Positions 1 to 13,560 of a stretch of 64,000 bases of DNA are shown piece after piece. The position numbers were made by a program, and so were the translations under genes. Position 1 is the first letter of the stretch; each line of letters opens with the position of its first letter. A model generated the notes under the pieces. That model had not been told where the DNA came from. It ran no database searches and saw nothing but the letters and a program-made list of their open reading frames with translations. The stretch comes from Monocercomonoides exilis PA203 (taxonomy: Eukaryota; Protista; Preaxostyla), in the NCBI GenBank assembly GCA_001643675.2, contig LSRY02000042.1, positions 1-64,000 on the forward strand, read 5' to 3'.

Positions 1-3000
1 AACCCTAACCTAACCTAACCCTAACCTAACCTAACCCTAACCCTAACCTAACCCTAACCCTAACCTAACCCTAACCCTAACCCTAACCCTAACCCTAACC
101 TAACCCTAACCCTAACCTAACCTAACCCTAACCCTAACCCTAACCCTAACCCTAACCCTAACCCTAACCTAACCCTAACCCTAACCCTAACCCTAACCCT
201 AACCTAACCCTAACCCTAACCCTAACCTAACCTAACCTAACCCTAACCCTAACCCTAACCCTAACCCTAACCCTAACCCTAACTAACCTAACCCTAACCT
301 AACCTAACCTAACCCTAACCCTAACCCTAACCTAACCTAACCTAACCCTAACCCTAACCCTAACCCTAACCCTAACCCTAACCTAACCCTAACCCTAACC
401 CTAACCCTAACCCTAACCTAACCCTAACCCTAACCCTAACCCTAACCCTAACCTAACCCTAACCCTAACCCTAACCCTAACCCTAACCTAACCCTAACCC
501 TAACCCTAACCCTAACCCTAACCCTAACCCTAACCCTAACCTAACCTAACCCTAACCCTAACCTAACCCTAGCCCCTAACCCCTAACCCCCAACCTAACC
601 TAACCTAACCCTAACCTAACCTAACCTAACCTAACCCTAACCCTAACCTAACCTAACCCTAACCTAACCCTAACCTAACCTAACCCTAACCCTAACCCTA
701 ACCCTAACCCTAACCCTAACCCTAACCCTAACCCTAACCCTAACCCTAACCCTAACCTAACCCTAACCTAACCCTAACCCTAACCTAACCCTAACCTAAC
801 CTAACCTAACCCTAACCCTAACCTAACCCTAACCTAACCCTAACCCTAACCTAACCCTAACCCTAACCTAACCCTAACCCTAACCCTAACCCTAACCTAA
901 CCCTAACCCTAACCCTAACCCTAACCCTAACCTAACCCTAACCCTAACCTAACCCTAACCCTAACCCTAACCCTAACCCTAACCCTAACCTAACCCTAAC
1001 CCTAACCCTAACCTAACCCTAACCTAACCCTAACCCTAACCCTAACCCTAACCCTAACCCTAACCCTAACCTAACCTAACCCTAACCCTAACCCTAACCC
1101 TAACCCTAACCCTAACCCTAACCCTAACCCTAACCCTAACCCTAACCCTAACCCTAACCCTAACCCTAACCCTAACCCTAACCTAACCCTAACCCTAACC
1201 CTAACCCTAACCCTAACCCTAACCCTAACCCTAACCCTAACCCTAACCCTAACCCTAACCTAACCCTAACCTAACCCTAACCTAACCCTAACCCTAACCC
1301 TAACCTAACCCTAACCCTAACCCTAACCCTAACCCTAACCCTAACCCTAACCCTAACCCTAACCCTAACCCTAACCCTAACCCTAACCCTAACCTAACCC
1401 TAACCCTAACCCTAACCCTAACCCTAACCCTAACCCTAACCCTAACCCTAACCCTAACCTAACCCTAACCCTAACCCTAACCCTAACCCTAACCCCTAAC
1501 CCTAACCCTAACCCTAACCCTAACCCTAACCCTAACCCTAACCCTAACCCTAACCCTAACCCTAACCCTAACCTAACCCTAACCCTAACCTAACCCTAAC
1601 CCTAACCCTAACCCTAACCCTAACCCTAACCTAACCCTAACCCTAACCCTAACCCTAACCCTAACCCTAACCCTAACCCTAACCCTAACCCTAACCCTAA
1701 CCTAACCCTAACCCTAACCCTAACCTAACCCTAACCCTAACCCTAACCTAGTTTGAACCTAACCCTAACCCTAACCCTAACCCTAACCCTAACCCTAACC
1801 CTAACCCTAACCTAACCTAACCCTAACCTAACCCTAACCCTAACCCTAACCCTAACCTAACCCTAACCTAACCTAACCCTAACCCTAACCCTAACCCTAA
1901 CCCTAACCCTAACCTAGTTTGAACCCTAACCTAACCCTAACCCTAACCTAACCCTAACCCTAACCTAACCCTAACCCTAACCCTAACCTAACCTAGTTTG
2001 AACCCTAACCTAACCCTAACCCTAACCCTAACCCTAACCCTAACCCTAACCCTAACCCTAACCTAACCCTAACCCTAACCCTAACCCTAACCTAACCCTA
2101 ACCCTAACCCTAACCCTAACCTAACCTAACCTAACCCTAACCCTAACCTAACCCTAACCCTAACCCTAACCCTAACCCTAACCTAACCTAACCCTAACCC
2201 TAACCCTAACCCTAACCTAGTTTTGAACCCTAACCCTAACCTAACCCTAACCCTAACCCTAACCCTAACCCTAACCTAGTTTGAACCCTAACCCTAACCC
2301 TAACCCTAACCCTAACCCTAACCCTAACCCTAACCCTAACCTAACCCTAACCCTAACCCTAACCCTAACCTAACCCTAACCCTAACCCTAACCTAACCCT
2401 AACCCTAACCTAACCTAACCTAACCCTAACCTAACCTAACCTAACCTAACCTAACCTAACCTAACCCTAACCTAACCTAACCTAACCTAACCCTAACCCT
2501 AACCCTAACCCTAACCCTAACCCTAACCCTAACCCTAACCCTAACCCTAACCCTAACCCTAACCCTAACCCTAACCCTAACCCTAACCCTAACCCTAACC
2601 CTAACCCTAACCCTAACCCTAACCCTAACCCTAACCCTAACCCTAACCCTAACCCTAACCCCTAACCCTAACCCTAACCCTAACCCTAACCCTAACCCTA
2701 ACCCTAACCCTAACCAACCCTAACCCTAACCTAACCCTAACCTAACCCTAACCTAACCTAACCTAACCTAACCCTAACCTAACCCTAACCTAACCTAACC
2801 TAACCTAACCCTAACCCCTAACCTAACCTAACCCTAACCCTAACCCTAACCCTAACCCTAACCCTAACCCTAACCTAACCCTAACCCTAACCCTAACCCT
2901 AACCCTAACCCTAACCTAACCCTAACCCTAACCCTAACCCTAACCCTAACCCTAACCCTAACCCTAACCCTAACCCTAACCCTAACCCTAACCCTAACCC

Positions 3001-4139
3001 TAACCCTAACCCTAACCCTAACCCTAACCCTAACCCTAACCCTAACCCTAACCCTAACCCTAACCCTAACCCTAACCCTAACCCTAACCCTAACCCTAAC
3101 CCTAACCTAACCCTAACCCTAACCCTAACCCTAACCCTAACCCTAACCCTAACCCTAACCCTAACCTAACCCTAACCTAACCCTAACCTAACCCTAACCT
3201 AACCCTAACCCTAACCCTAACCCTAACCTAACCCTAACCCTAACCCTAACCTAACCCTAACCCTAACCCTAACCCTAACCCTAACCCTAACCCTAACCCT
3301 AACCCTAACCTAACCCTAACCTAACCCTAACCTAACCCTAACCTAACCTAACCCTAACCCTAACCCTAACCCTAACCCTAACCCTAACCCTAACCCTAAC
3401 CCTAACCCTAACCCTAACCCTAACCCTAACCCTAACCCTAACCCTAACCCTAACCCTAACCCTAACCCTAACCCTAACCCTAACCCTAACCCTAACCCTA
3501 ACCCTAACCCTAACCCTAACCCTAACCCTAACCCTAACCCTAACCCTAACCCTAACCCTAACCTAACCCTAACCCTAACCCTAACCCTAACCCTAACCCT
3601 AACCCTAACCCTAACCCTAACCCTAACCCTAACCCTAACCCTAACCCTAACCCTAACCCTAACCCTAACCCTAACCCTAACCCTAACCCTAACCCTAACC
3701 CTAACCCTAACCCTAACCTAGTTTGAACCCTAACCCTAACCCTAACCCTAACCCTAACCTAACCCTAACCCTAACCCTAACCCTAACCTAGTTTGAACCC
3801 TAACCCTAACCCTAACCCTAACCCTAACCTAACCCTAACCCTAACCTAACCTAGTTTGAACCCTAACCCTAACCCTAACCCTAACCCTAACCTAACCCTA
3901 ACCTAACCCTAACCCTAACCTAACCCCCTAACCCTAACCTAACCCTAACCCTAACCCTAACCCTAACCCTAACCCTAACCCTAACCCTAACCCTAACCCC
4001 TAACCCTAACCCTAACCCTAACCCTAACCCTAACCCTAACCCTAACCCTAACCCTAACCCTAACCCTAACCCTAACCCTAACCCTAACCCTAACCCTAAC
4101 CCTAACCCTAACCCTAACCCTAACCCTAACCCTAACCTA
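1..4139 (+). repeat. Telomeric array (CCCTAA)n (TTAGGG on the - strand) with CCTAA variant units
   Basis: Continuous tandem CCCTAA/CCTAA from base 1 to ...CCTAACCTA at 4139, then unique AT-rich sequence. The C-rich strand at the 5' end is the orientation expected for a left chromosome end. Confidence 0.98.
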
Positions 4140-4146
4140 GTTTGAA
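1745..4146 (+). repeat. Recurrent telomeric variant AACCTAGTTTGAA, 9 copies
   Basis: GTTTGAA begins at 1751, 1917, 1996, 2220 (GTTTTGAA), 2279, 3721, 3791, 3854 and 4140 (the junction). Every copy is preceded by AACCTA. Confidence 0.95.
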
Positions 4147-4532
4147 TTAATAACTGGGAAAGTTTACATAATTGAGAACGAAATAAAACATAAAAAAATA
4201 AGTGATGCGAAAAAGGTGTGAAAGATTCATAAATTAAGGAGATTTTCAACATAAAATATTTTGTTGAAGTTTGGTGCATTCATTTAATGCAAGATTAACA
4301 AAGAAAAAGTTTGTGAAAAAAAGAATAACAGCAACGAGATACTCAAAAGCAGAAGCATAGGTTTGACAATTAACATAGTAATTAAAAAAAAATATTTTCA
4401 AAGCTTAATCCGTGCCAAAGCAAATATTGTTGTTATATCAAAATGATTGTGAATTCTCCTTCTTTTCCATCAATGAATGCTTAAAATTTATCTTTGTTAT
4501 TTTGTTTAGAATTTCTTCAAATTCCTCATTTC

Positions 4533-6053
4533 TCAAAATGATCGTGTTTGCTGCTTGACAAGTCCTTTTGCTTCTGTAAATTCTGACTGCGATTCTGATG
4601 TGCATGCGAGCGTAGGCTGTCTAACTGGTCGTGTTGATCCTGGTTTTGGTGACTTGAGAACTGGCTTTGCTTGCAGAGAGACTGTTCTCTTTGTCTTGGA
4701 AGAGGCCAGTGCTGCTGCAGAAGTGAAAGACGAAGGGACAGCCGTTGAATACACAGGAAACTCGCAATCAGCATTGACTGAGGACGACGCTGAAAAAGAC
4801 GACGACGAGCCATTCTACGAAGACGGCGAAGGACGGGGAGATGGAGATGAAGGATGCCTGGCAACGCAGTGGACAGAGGCTGAATACTCATTTGGCAATT
4901 TCGTATCAGCAGTGTTTATGAAGGATGAAGTGGGCGTGGAAGAAGGCGAAATCACGTTGTGCGCTGCTTCTTCAAATGATAACTGAAGTGATGTTAATGA
5001 CTGAGGATACACTTCTCGTGAAATTGATTTCGTTGGTCCGCCAGTGCTTGAAGAAGGCGCTGAAGAATGCTGATGCACCTTTCCAGCAGCAGACGCAGCA
5101 GAAGAAGCAGACAAAGACGATGAGCCTCCAGCACCATTGGACGACAGCTAAGATGAAGCGGAGCCACACACAGGACTTCGTATCTTTGCCACATTCGAAG
5201 CGGCGTGTGCAGCCTCAGTAAATGACGATGGGGCAGACGATGCTGCTTGTGGGAATATTGTGTCGTCACTCATTCGGCGACTTGAGCTGTCTCTGCTGCC
5301 CTTCATAACAACCTGCCGGGAAACCTGCAATGTGGCTGCGAGGCCTTCTCCTTCTGAAGAAGAAGAAGAAGATGATGATGATGATGATGGAGCAGGTGAT
5401 GCAGAGCTTGAGATTGATTTGGGAGTGTGTGCACGAACAGACGAGGATGATGCACCAAAAATGGCAGGCGGGCGTGCAGATGGTGGATTGGAAGATGAGA
5501 CATTTGTTGTAACTCCCAATGCAATTGGCTTTGCACACATTTGAGATGCTTTGCTTTCAGGGAAGAACTAGTCGTCTTCACCCCCTGTGGATGATGAAGA
5601 TGCATTTGATGCGCCTAAGCTTTGCATCTGAGGAGAAGGCGTTCTCCTATTTCTGTGGGCAGAGAGGGTGTGCATCGTTGTTCCTGGCGCGAGATAGGCA
5701 GGCGCAGGCAATGAAGACGAGGCAGAGGGCATTGTTGGTGTGGGAGAGTAGATGGAACCAGAACCAAGCGATGAAAAAGATGTGGCTGATGTCGACGAAA
5801 GAGGAGTGCTGAATGCATCGGATGAAGACGATGGCGAAGAAGATTTGCGTTTGGAGGAAATTGTTGAAGAGCCAATCGATGTGAATGAAGTGGCTGAGCT
5901 GACAGGCTGTGCTGGTGAGCGAGAAGAAGTCGACGACGAATGTCTCGATCGTTTGGATGCTTTGCTTTCGGGAAACATGTCTTCAGAGGCAAAAAAGACA
6001 AAAGGCATTGACGAGCTGAACAAACGAATAGAATAATTTGAATCAACAAACAT
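4533..6053 (-). pseudogene. Ser/Pro/Ala-rich low-complexity reading frame (~500 codons) broken by three in-frame TAG codons
   Basis: ORFs 5568..6053, 5148..5540, 4815..5114 and 4533..4754 share one frame. TAG stops lie at 5568-70, 5148-50 and 4815-17, and the frame ends in TGA. GC content is raised relative to the flanks. Confidence 0.6.
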
Positions 6054-6186
6054 GAAATTGAAGCAATCAAAAAGTTTTTTTAAAAAAGAAACATTGTAAT
6101 AATTCGTTCATAAAATGAATGAATATAAAAACACACGTCTGAACAATCGTCACGTCTTTTTCTTTCTCCTGCAATTCCCTCATTTT

Positions 6187-7200
6187 CTACTCCACTTCCA
6201 TCTGATGCTCGCTTTTCTCGACCTTCTTCCTTTTTCTTCTGGCAACTCTTTCGTCTCTTCTTCCTCCTCTTCCTCTCATCTTCCTCTCTCTCGTTCCGCT
6301 CTTTCCTTCTTTCCTTCCATTTGCAGACTTCCCCGTCTTGCTGCTTCTCCCAGCTGCTGGAGTCGTATCTTCCTCTTCTTCTTCATCGTCCTCTTCTTCC
6401 TCGTTCTCTTCCTCATCTGTTTCACTCTCCGCATTCCACATCGTACTTTCTGACTCTTCCTCTCTTTCGTTCATTCCAATCGGCTTCACAATCTCCCACT
6501 CGCTAACATTCTCACTGCTCTCTTCTCTTCCTCCTCTGCTAACAGCATTCTGCCTCGACAGCCCACCAGCTGAAGACTTCCCTTCTTTTCCTGCCATCTT
6601 CCTCTGCTCTGCCCCTTTCTCTCCTGCGTGCTAGTCGATGCTCTGCTTCATCAGATACTCCATTCCTTTCACGTTGATCACTGAAGGAAGAACAACATCT
6701 CCTCTATGCGCCTTCAGAAGAGTGAACTCGTCCTTCTCTGTATCATATACGGCCTTTCCTTCAATTTTCTTTTAATGCGAAACAGGAAAAATGTCTCCAT
6801 AATGAACCGCATCTCTCGCATCTTCTGTTCCATCGCCTTGTTTTCGTAGAGCAGCTGCCGAATGTTCTCGTTCAGCTCTTCCTTCTCTCTCTCTCTCTCT
6901 GCATTCTCATTGATCTTCTGTATTTCTGTCTTCGCTTCCTCGAAGTCCCTTCACAATTGCCAAAGCAGTTTCTTCTTCATATCGAGCGAGTCCTGCAGCG
7001 ACTTCGACTTCCCCACCCATTCCCGCTCCCTCTACTCTCTCTCCTTCATCTCCACTCTATGCTTTTCTCACAGCCATTTTATCTGCACTTCTTTCTCCTT
7101 TTCTTCTATCTCAATTGTCATCATCTCCCGTTCAGTCTGCTGCTCTTGCATCTCCTGTTTCATAATACTCAGCTCTTCCAACTTTCCAGATTGCATTTCA
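6187..7200 (-). pseudogene. Degenerate charged, coiled-coil-like coding remnant of unknown family
   Basis: Glu/Lys/Arg-rich ORF 6187..6597 plus interrupted upstream coding-like sequence. No recognisable motif. Confidence 0.3.
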
Positions 7201-7292
7201 TGTCTGTTTCATCATTTTCTCCTACCTTTCCTTCTTCTCCATCATCACCTCCTCCTTCTTTTTTCCTTTTCTTCACACCATACCTTTCCATT

Positions 7293-8030
7293 TCATCCCC
7301 CACCCCCTGAACATGCTGATGACAAATTAGATTCTTCTATATTCACATTCCCATTCACACACATCTCCACATTCAAACATCCTCCTCCTTCATTTCCACC
7401 TGTTACTTCCACTCCACTCACTTGGCTATTATTCATCTCCAATTCAACTCCATTCGAAATGACTATTGGTGACTTTCCGGTTATTCTCACTCCTCCTTCC
7501 ATCGCAAATCCATTCACAACCAACCCTCCTCCCTCAATGCAAATCACATTGAATCCAATCATTTCATCATTTCCAAATGTGACTGAACTGCTGGTGATTG
7601 TGATGGTTGATGACAAGAAGTGGATTTATCCACTTCTCCTCCCATTCATTTCCTCGTTTAACACAAATGCCAAATTACACATCTCAAATGATTTTGTGCA
7701 CTCAATAAGGTTATTCTGGGTTATCGATCCTTCATCCCTCACAACCACCCTCATCCCTTCTTCTTTTCCTGAAACACTCAAATCAAATGATTCCACTTTC
7801 ATCTCATTCTTTATCCATGATTCTGAGGCAACTTCAATTTCATTCACATTGCTACGCGCACTCTTCCCAACACAATAGTCAATCGTCAAACACCCAAACT
7901 CCTCAAACCCACAATGGCTCTGATCCAATGCCCTCTCTCCTCTCCTATCAACTCTCAACTACGTCCCAATTGAGCAAAAAGAAATGTGAAGTGAAATCAC
8001 TTCCCATTCTCTCACATTTTCACTTCCGCT
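7293..8030 (-). pseudogene. Fragment of the Cys/Gly/Ser-rich surface-protein family
   Basis: In-frame ORFs 7626..7958 and 7293..7616 carry CGFEEFGCLTIDYC and GGNEGGGCLNVEM motifs, like the CG..PC / GGG motifs in 8956-13031. Confidence 0.6.
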
Positions 8031-8955
8031 CAATCATTTCATATCTGTAGGAATGAATCTTAAATCAAATAATTTTTGTGGAAAAAGATTCATTTTTGAT
8101 TATAACATTATACAATCCAGAAACAATTTAAACATTCTTTGAAATTTAACTTTTTTTGTTTCTTTTCAGAAATCTTCGAAAACAAAAACTTAGATAATAC
8201 TCTCTCCTTTTTTTTCATCTTTATTCAATTCTAACCTCCGTTTTCTTTTTTTTCCAAAACGAATCTTGCTCATCTTTGTTTTGCATCACAACATTTCAAG
8301 ATGAATTGCGATTAGAATAATTATTTTCTTATATACGACTTTTATTTCAAAAGAAAATCATTTTTCAATGAGAAAAAATTTTAATATTGATAATGTGCAT
8401 ATTGTTAAAATCCATTGTTTCGAAACGGAGGCAAACATTTATAATTAATTTTCGACTTCAATTAATTAAACAAAAAGATTGAATGTCATTATCACAACAA
8501 AAAATGCAGTTCACATCATTAACCACAAAGATCAATATTAAGCCTTATTGTTCATCACTTCTTTGAAACAAAACGAAGTATTTCAAATGAACTTTTTCTT
8601 GAAATTTGTCTGAGCTTCTCATACATTCATTAATTTTTGTATCGAAGTCCAAATGTCTGGAAGGCGTGAAATATCATATTGCTTTTCCCAATCCATCAAA
8701 GCCGAAGAAAACATCCTCGTTTTTAAATATCTTGATGATCAGCGTTAATCGAATATCTGTTCGCAACTGCAAAACATTGAGCTTATGCAATGCCGCATTG
8801 AAAGATGCCTAAGTTAACACTCTGATAATGGTTGATTCGTTTTCCTTAACCTGGGCAGTGAATGTATTCATGCAATTGAAAAAGATCATTTCAGTGTTGC
8901 TTCGTATCTTCTTCAGTTGGTAAAGATGATGGCTGTTTTTTTTGCCTGAGCACAA

Positions 8956-11900
8956 ATGCAAGTTTATTATTTTCTTTCTGTGTCATTCAATAAAAATTCT
9001 GGAAGACAGGGAAACGACTTGTTTGTTCAATCCCCAGAACTGAAGGAATCGATCACAAACGAAACGCTTCCTTTTGCTTATGAGCTTGGGCACGGCTCCT
9101 TTGATGATTTGCGCGGGTTCCTTGGAAATGATCACGAGCATTCGATTCCGTTGGTTCTGTTTCTGGAGAAAGTTGGGAGAACAGTCCATGTCAGAAGCAA
9201 CGATGGGGCTGATACTGTGGTGTGTGGGTTCTCAGATTATCCGTGCCAGTCAGTTGATTATTGCGTGAAAAGACTGGCAGAATTAAGTGCAAAGACGATT
9301 GCTGTTATCGACTCAGCAACAATCAAAAACGAAATAAATCTGCATAATGTGAGCTTGAAATCATCAGATGCTTTGCAAGCTGGAATAACCTGTGCCAAGT
9401 CGCTGAATGCTCTGACTGGAAAAGTGATGTCAGCCACTGGGAATGTGTCAATCGATTCAATTTTTTTTTTTTTACTACCATCTTTGTTCGATGCTGAGAT
9501 AGAAACATTGAAATTCTTGAATTCTGAGAGCAACCTTTCGCTGGTAAAGTGCGCATTCGATATGCAGGTGGGAGAGCTGAATCAGATGAGCTATTGGCTT
9601 TTTCAGATGTGCGGAGGAAGTCTCAATATGGACTACTGCCAATTGAGTTCAGCGAATCTTCAGCATGCGCCTGTCGCAGTGAAGGAGAGCACGGCCAGCA
9701 CACAAACAACGGTTATTTCATTGAATGTGAAAACCGCAGACATTGGCAATCAACCTCTCATCTGTGTGATTCCATCGTCAACATCCAAACAGCTGAACGA
9801 TGGTGCAACGAGCAGTGGGATCATATCTCTTGTGCAATGCTCTTTTGAAGGGATCACCAACGGCGATACAAACAGCGCTGTGCTAATTGCAACCTCAATT
9901 TCGAGCCAGGTTGAGTGTTTGCATTGGAACGTCACGAATGCCAAAGGCGCTCAGAGCATCGATGGAGGCTCAATGAAAGTTGATATCGAAGCTCAAGGGC
10001 AATTTACGATGGAAAACGCCACATTCACGAAATGCTGCGCGGAAAATGAAACAGCTGGAAAAGGAGGAGGCATCTATTTCGACTGCTCGGCTTCCAACGC
10101 GTTCTCCTTTTAGCAGATGGCTTTCGATCAGTGCTCTGCAAAACACGGGGAAAACATGTTCTTTCTTTCATCAGATCTGAATGTTTCCATTACAAAGCAG
10201 ACATTGGCATTTGAAGTGAGTGAGACAGCAGGCGATACAAATCTGCTCGTCGGGAGCGACTCCACAAAAACAAACTTCGATCTTTGCCGATTTCTGATTG
10301 GATTTGCTTCTCAGGAAATCCATCTCAGCAGGAACAGCGGGTGGGATGTTCTTCGGTGTGGGAGTGGAGAAGAGCCATGTGCAACAATGGAGCATGGGCA
10401 GAAGCACTTTCGTGCTTTGGATGAGCCAGCGCAACAAAACATGAACACTTTTGTGATAATCGATGAAGCACAGGCGAACAGCGAGGTCGATATTTCAAAC
10501 GTCACTGTGATTTCAGTTGATGCCAAGTCTCGCCCTGCCCTGACTTTTGGAGCAGCTATCTCTCCTCAGGCAGAAAAGCCAGAAGAAAGTGATTCTGTGT
10601 TTGCAAACGAAGGGAAATGTTCCTTCATGAACATTGAGATCTGCTGTGGGGATGGATCTGGATGGAAGCAAACGAAGCTGATAAGCACAGCTGGCAGCTC
10701 TTTTGCAGCTCAAGGCTGTTCCTTCACCAGCGCTTCTGAGGCAGCCATTCCTTATTGCATCATTACCTGCTTGTCGGGAGCATGCGAAATGTCATTCTGT
10801 TCGTTCCAATCCATCAAATGCAAAAGTCACATTCTGATGGCATCTCATGAGAGCAGCATTGACTTGACGAATGTCTCGATGAGCAACATGGAACCGATGG
10901 GCAAAAGCCTTGTGACAGTGTTGGCGCAGGCTGAGTGGGGAGGCGAGTCGCAGAGATTGAATGAAGGTGACAGTCCAACAGTGCAACTGAAATGCTGCAC
11001 GCTCCATTCGCTTCTCCAAAATGCACCATCTGAGCCCTCCATCATCAGCTGCACTGGCAGTGAGCCTTGCAGCGTGTCTGTGCAAAACACATCGATGAAG
11101 AACTGTGGAAGCAGCCAAAGCGAGAAAGGTGGAGGAATGATCGTGAGCCTGATCGAAGGAGGCTTTTTCGAGTGCCGTTTTTCTGCTCTCTCGGGGTGTT
11201 TCTGCTCGGCGACTGGAAGAGGAGGCGCAATGTTCCTGGATTGCTCATCAATTGCAAGCGATGGGCTGCTTCCTTTCCTGCTGAAAAACACCACGTTCAT
11301 GGAGAACAAAGCATTTGTGGGAAGAGACGTGTATGTGAGATGCACAAATATCAGATCTCAAATCAGCATTGAGCTCTTCCAGCTCGACTTCAGACCTCCG
11401 TTTGTTCGGGATCTTTCCATGTGGGTGTGCACAGCACAGAATTATTGTGACGAGGAAGATTTGTTGGAGCTGATTGTTGGGTATCAGAAGAGACAATATT
11501 TGCGTCTTCTTCAGCTGACAACGCCTCTGATACGCGCAAGTGCGGTGGGATGAGCGATCCTTGCATTTCGCTAAATGTTGCGTTGTCACACATCATTCCT
11601 TCAGTTTACAGCAACTTGCTGATTGACAAAAGCGCTGAGGTGACAGGGGAAGCAAGCGCTTGCGATGTCTCGATCAAGTCGCTGGATGCAGAAGGCGCCA
11701 GGGGGAGTGTTGTGCTGAACAGCAGCATCGGAAGCAAGACGAAAAGCCTCGTTTCGTGCTCGTCGAGAGTGAAAATGGAATCTCTTTCGTTTTTGTTTGG
11801 AAGCGCTTTTTCTTCTTCTCATTCAAGCTTGTTATTGCTGGCTGATGGCAGCTTGTCTATTGCAGATACAGCATTTGCTCAAGAAGATTGGATCAGAAAC

Positions 11901-13560
11901 TCCGAAACGAGACTGAACTGCTCCATCGTTCTCGTGGAGAATGGCAGGCTATCGATCAACGGATGCACTTTTACTTGCCTTCGTCTCAGTTCTTCGTGCG
12001 TTGCAGCAAGAGGGGGACAATATTGCTCATTTATGAACTTGAACATTTCTGACATGAATTCAAGTGCGTTATTGGACTTCAGCAATCTTGCAAACCTGTC
12101 CATGAAGCAGTTGCTTATTTCCAGTTGCACACTTGAACAATTCTCCCTTCTCATTCACAACTGCAAAGACTCCCAGCTGCACTAGGTTCAATTCAGAAAT
12201 GCAGAGAGCATAGCAAGCTTGATTGTGTTTTCCACAGATGGTTCAGGAGTCCATTCAAACATCCAATGCTATCATTCGTAATTCGATACCATTTCTGTGC
12301 TGCCTAGTTCTTTGCTTTCTGTTGAAAGCCAAGATTTAGATTTTGAGATGAATCTCTTGGCTATTTCAAACACACTGCTTAAGGATGTGTGTGCTGCGAA
12401 CCTTGCATCTGTAAATTCCTCGTTAAGTATCAGGCAATCGTCGTTTCAAACCATAACCAGGAATTCGTTTGGACCAAGTTGTTTGGCTGCTTCTTCTTCA
12501 TCTTCGTCTTTGTTTGTGGAATTGGAGAACTGCACCAGCCACAAATGCATCTCATCTTCAGATAAAGGAAGAATTGCAGCTCTGACAGATTTAACAGATG
12601 TTAACTTATCTTCATGTGCATTTGATGGAAAAACTGACTCACAATATCCAAGATCCAACGCAGATTCATTCAAGAATTTGTGCAAGTGGAATGGCTCCAT
12701 GATCGATCTTCTCAATTGCTCGGGAGCAATAAAAGATACCACAATTGCCAATTCATCCAAGGGAGGGCCGTCAATCTCTGGTGGAAACAATTCCATTCAG
12801 TTTGGACTCTTTTCCGGCAACAATCCAAACGCAGCTGGATACCCATCCATCAGAAACAACTTCATCTTTTCCCACAATGCACTCCTGAACATAGTCAATC
12901 TCAAGGGAGGAGATGACGTTCTTCAAAACATCTCAATGTGGATTGCAGGCGATGATTGTACACTTGCGGGCTTGGCATCAGAAAGTCTGTACAAATTCAT
13001 CAATATTGAGCTAACTTCAATAAAATTTTGAAACAAGTTAATGCTCTTTTTCGATATTTCATTGGTTCTTTGCTCCTTTCTTGCTGCTTGCGTATTTGCA
13101 TTGATTCAATCGATGGTACCATCAGTTAGATCATAGCATATCTTCTCTCGGTAGAATATTTCTAAAACAAAACTGAAATCCGTGTAATAGTTCCAGCTTC
13201 AATAATAACTTCAGTGCCTGACACCTCAAAAGCGGCCGTAATCATCCTGTTTGGAAGCTCAAATGCTACAGTTTCAACGGTGCGATTTCTTTTGAAGAGC
13301 AGGAGCGAGATTGCGCAAAAAGAAGATGAAAGAATCACAAAAAATGGAAAAGAAGGAAAATCCACAAACTGATAATTACTATTGTATTAATGGCAATTCA
13401 GAAAATTGATTTTGTTGGGATTATTACGCTTTTTGTTAGATAAAGATGGCAAAAGAGAAGAATAGAGTAATTTGATGAGAGATTGTGAATAATTTTGATA
13501 AGCAGGCTCCGAAAATGTTTGAAAAGAAAACAATGAAGATATAACTAGAAGTGCATTGGA
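8956..13560 (+). pseudogene. Large Cys/Ser-rich repetitive surface/membrane protein (probable beta-helix-like repeats), disrupted
   Basis: Collinear ORFs 8956..10113, 10117..11553, 11550..12185 and 12297..13031 are separated by in-frame TAG (10111, 12183), TAA (~12279) and a frameshift near 11487. Repeated CG..xxPC, GKGGGIY/GRGGAMF and GNDLFV/GRDVYV modules are present. A degenerate TM/tail remnant lies near 13290-13560. Confidence 0.8.

Noticed and set aside
1745-4146. CRISPR-like array (constant motif with spacers)
   Set aside because: The spacers are just telomeric repeats of variable length, the context is eukaryotic and there are no cas genes.
3920-4279. ORF with LGLGLG/VRVRVR repeats
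   Set aside because: It is a translation of the telomeric repeat.
4555-6036. Acidic + strand ORFs (4555, 5260, 5752)
   Set aside because: Likely antisense shadows of the Ser-rich - strand frame.
6862-7878. 338-aa + strand Ser/Phe-rich ORF
   Set aside because: Antisense to a Glu-rich remnant and to a recognisable surface-family fragment.
4140-8050. Telomere-specific retrotransposon adjacent to the telomere
   Set aside because: No reverse transcriptase, endonuclease or gag zinc-knuckle motifs are visible.
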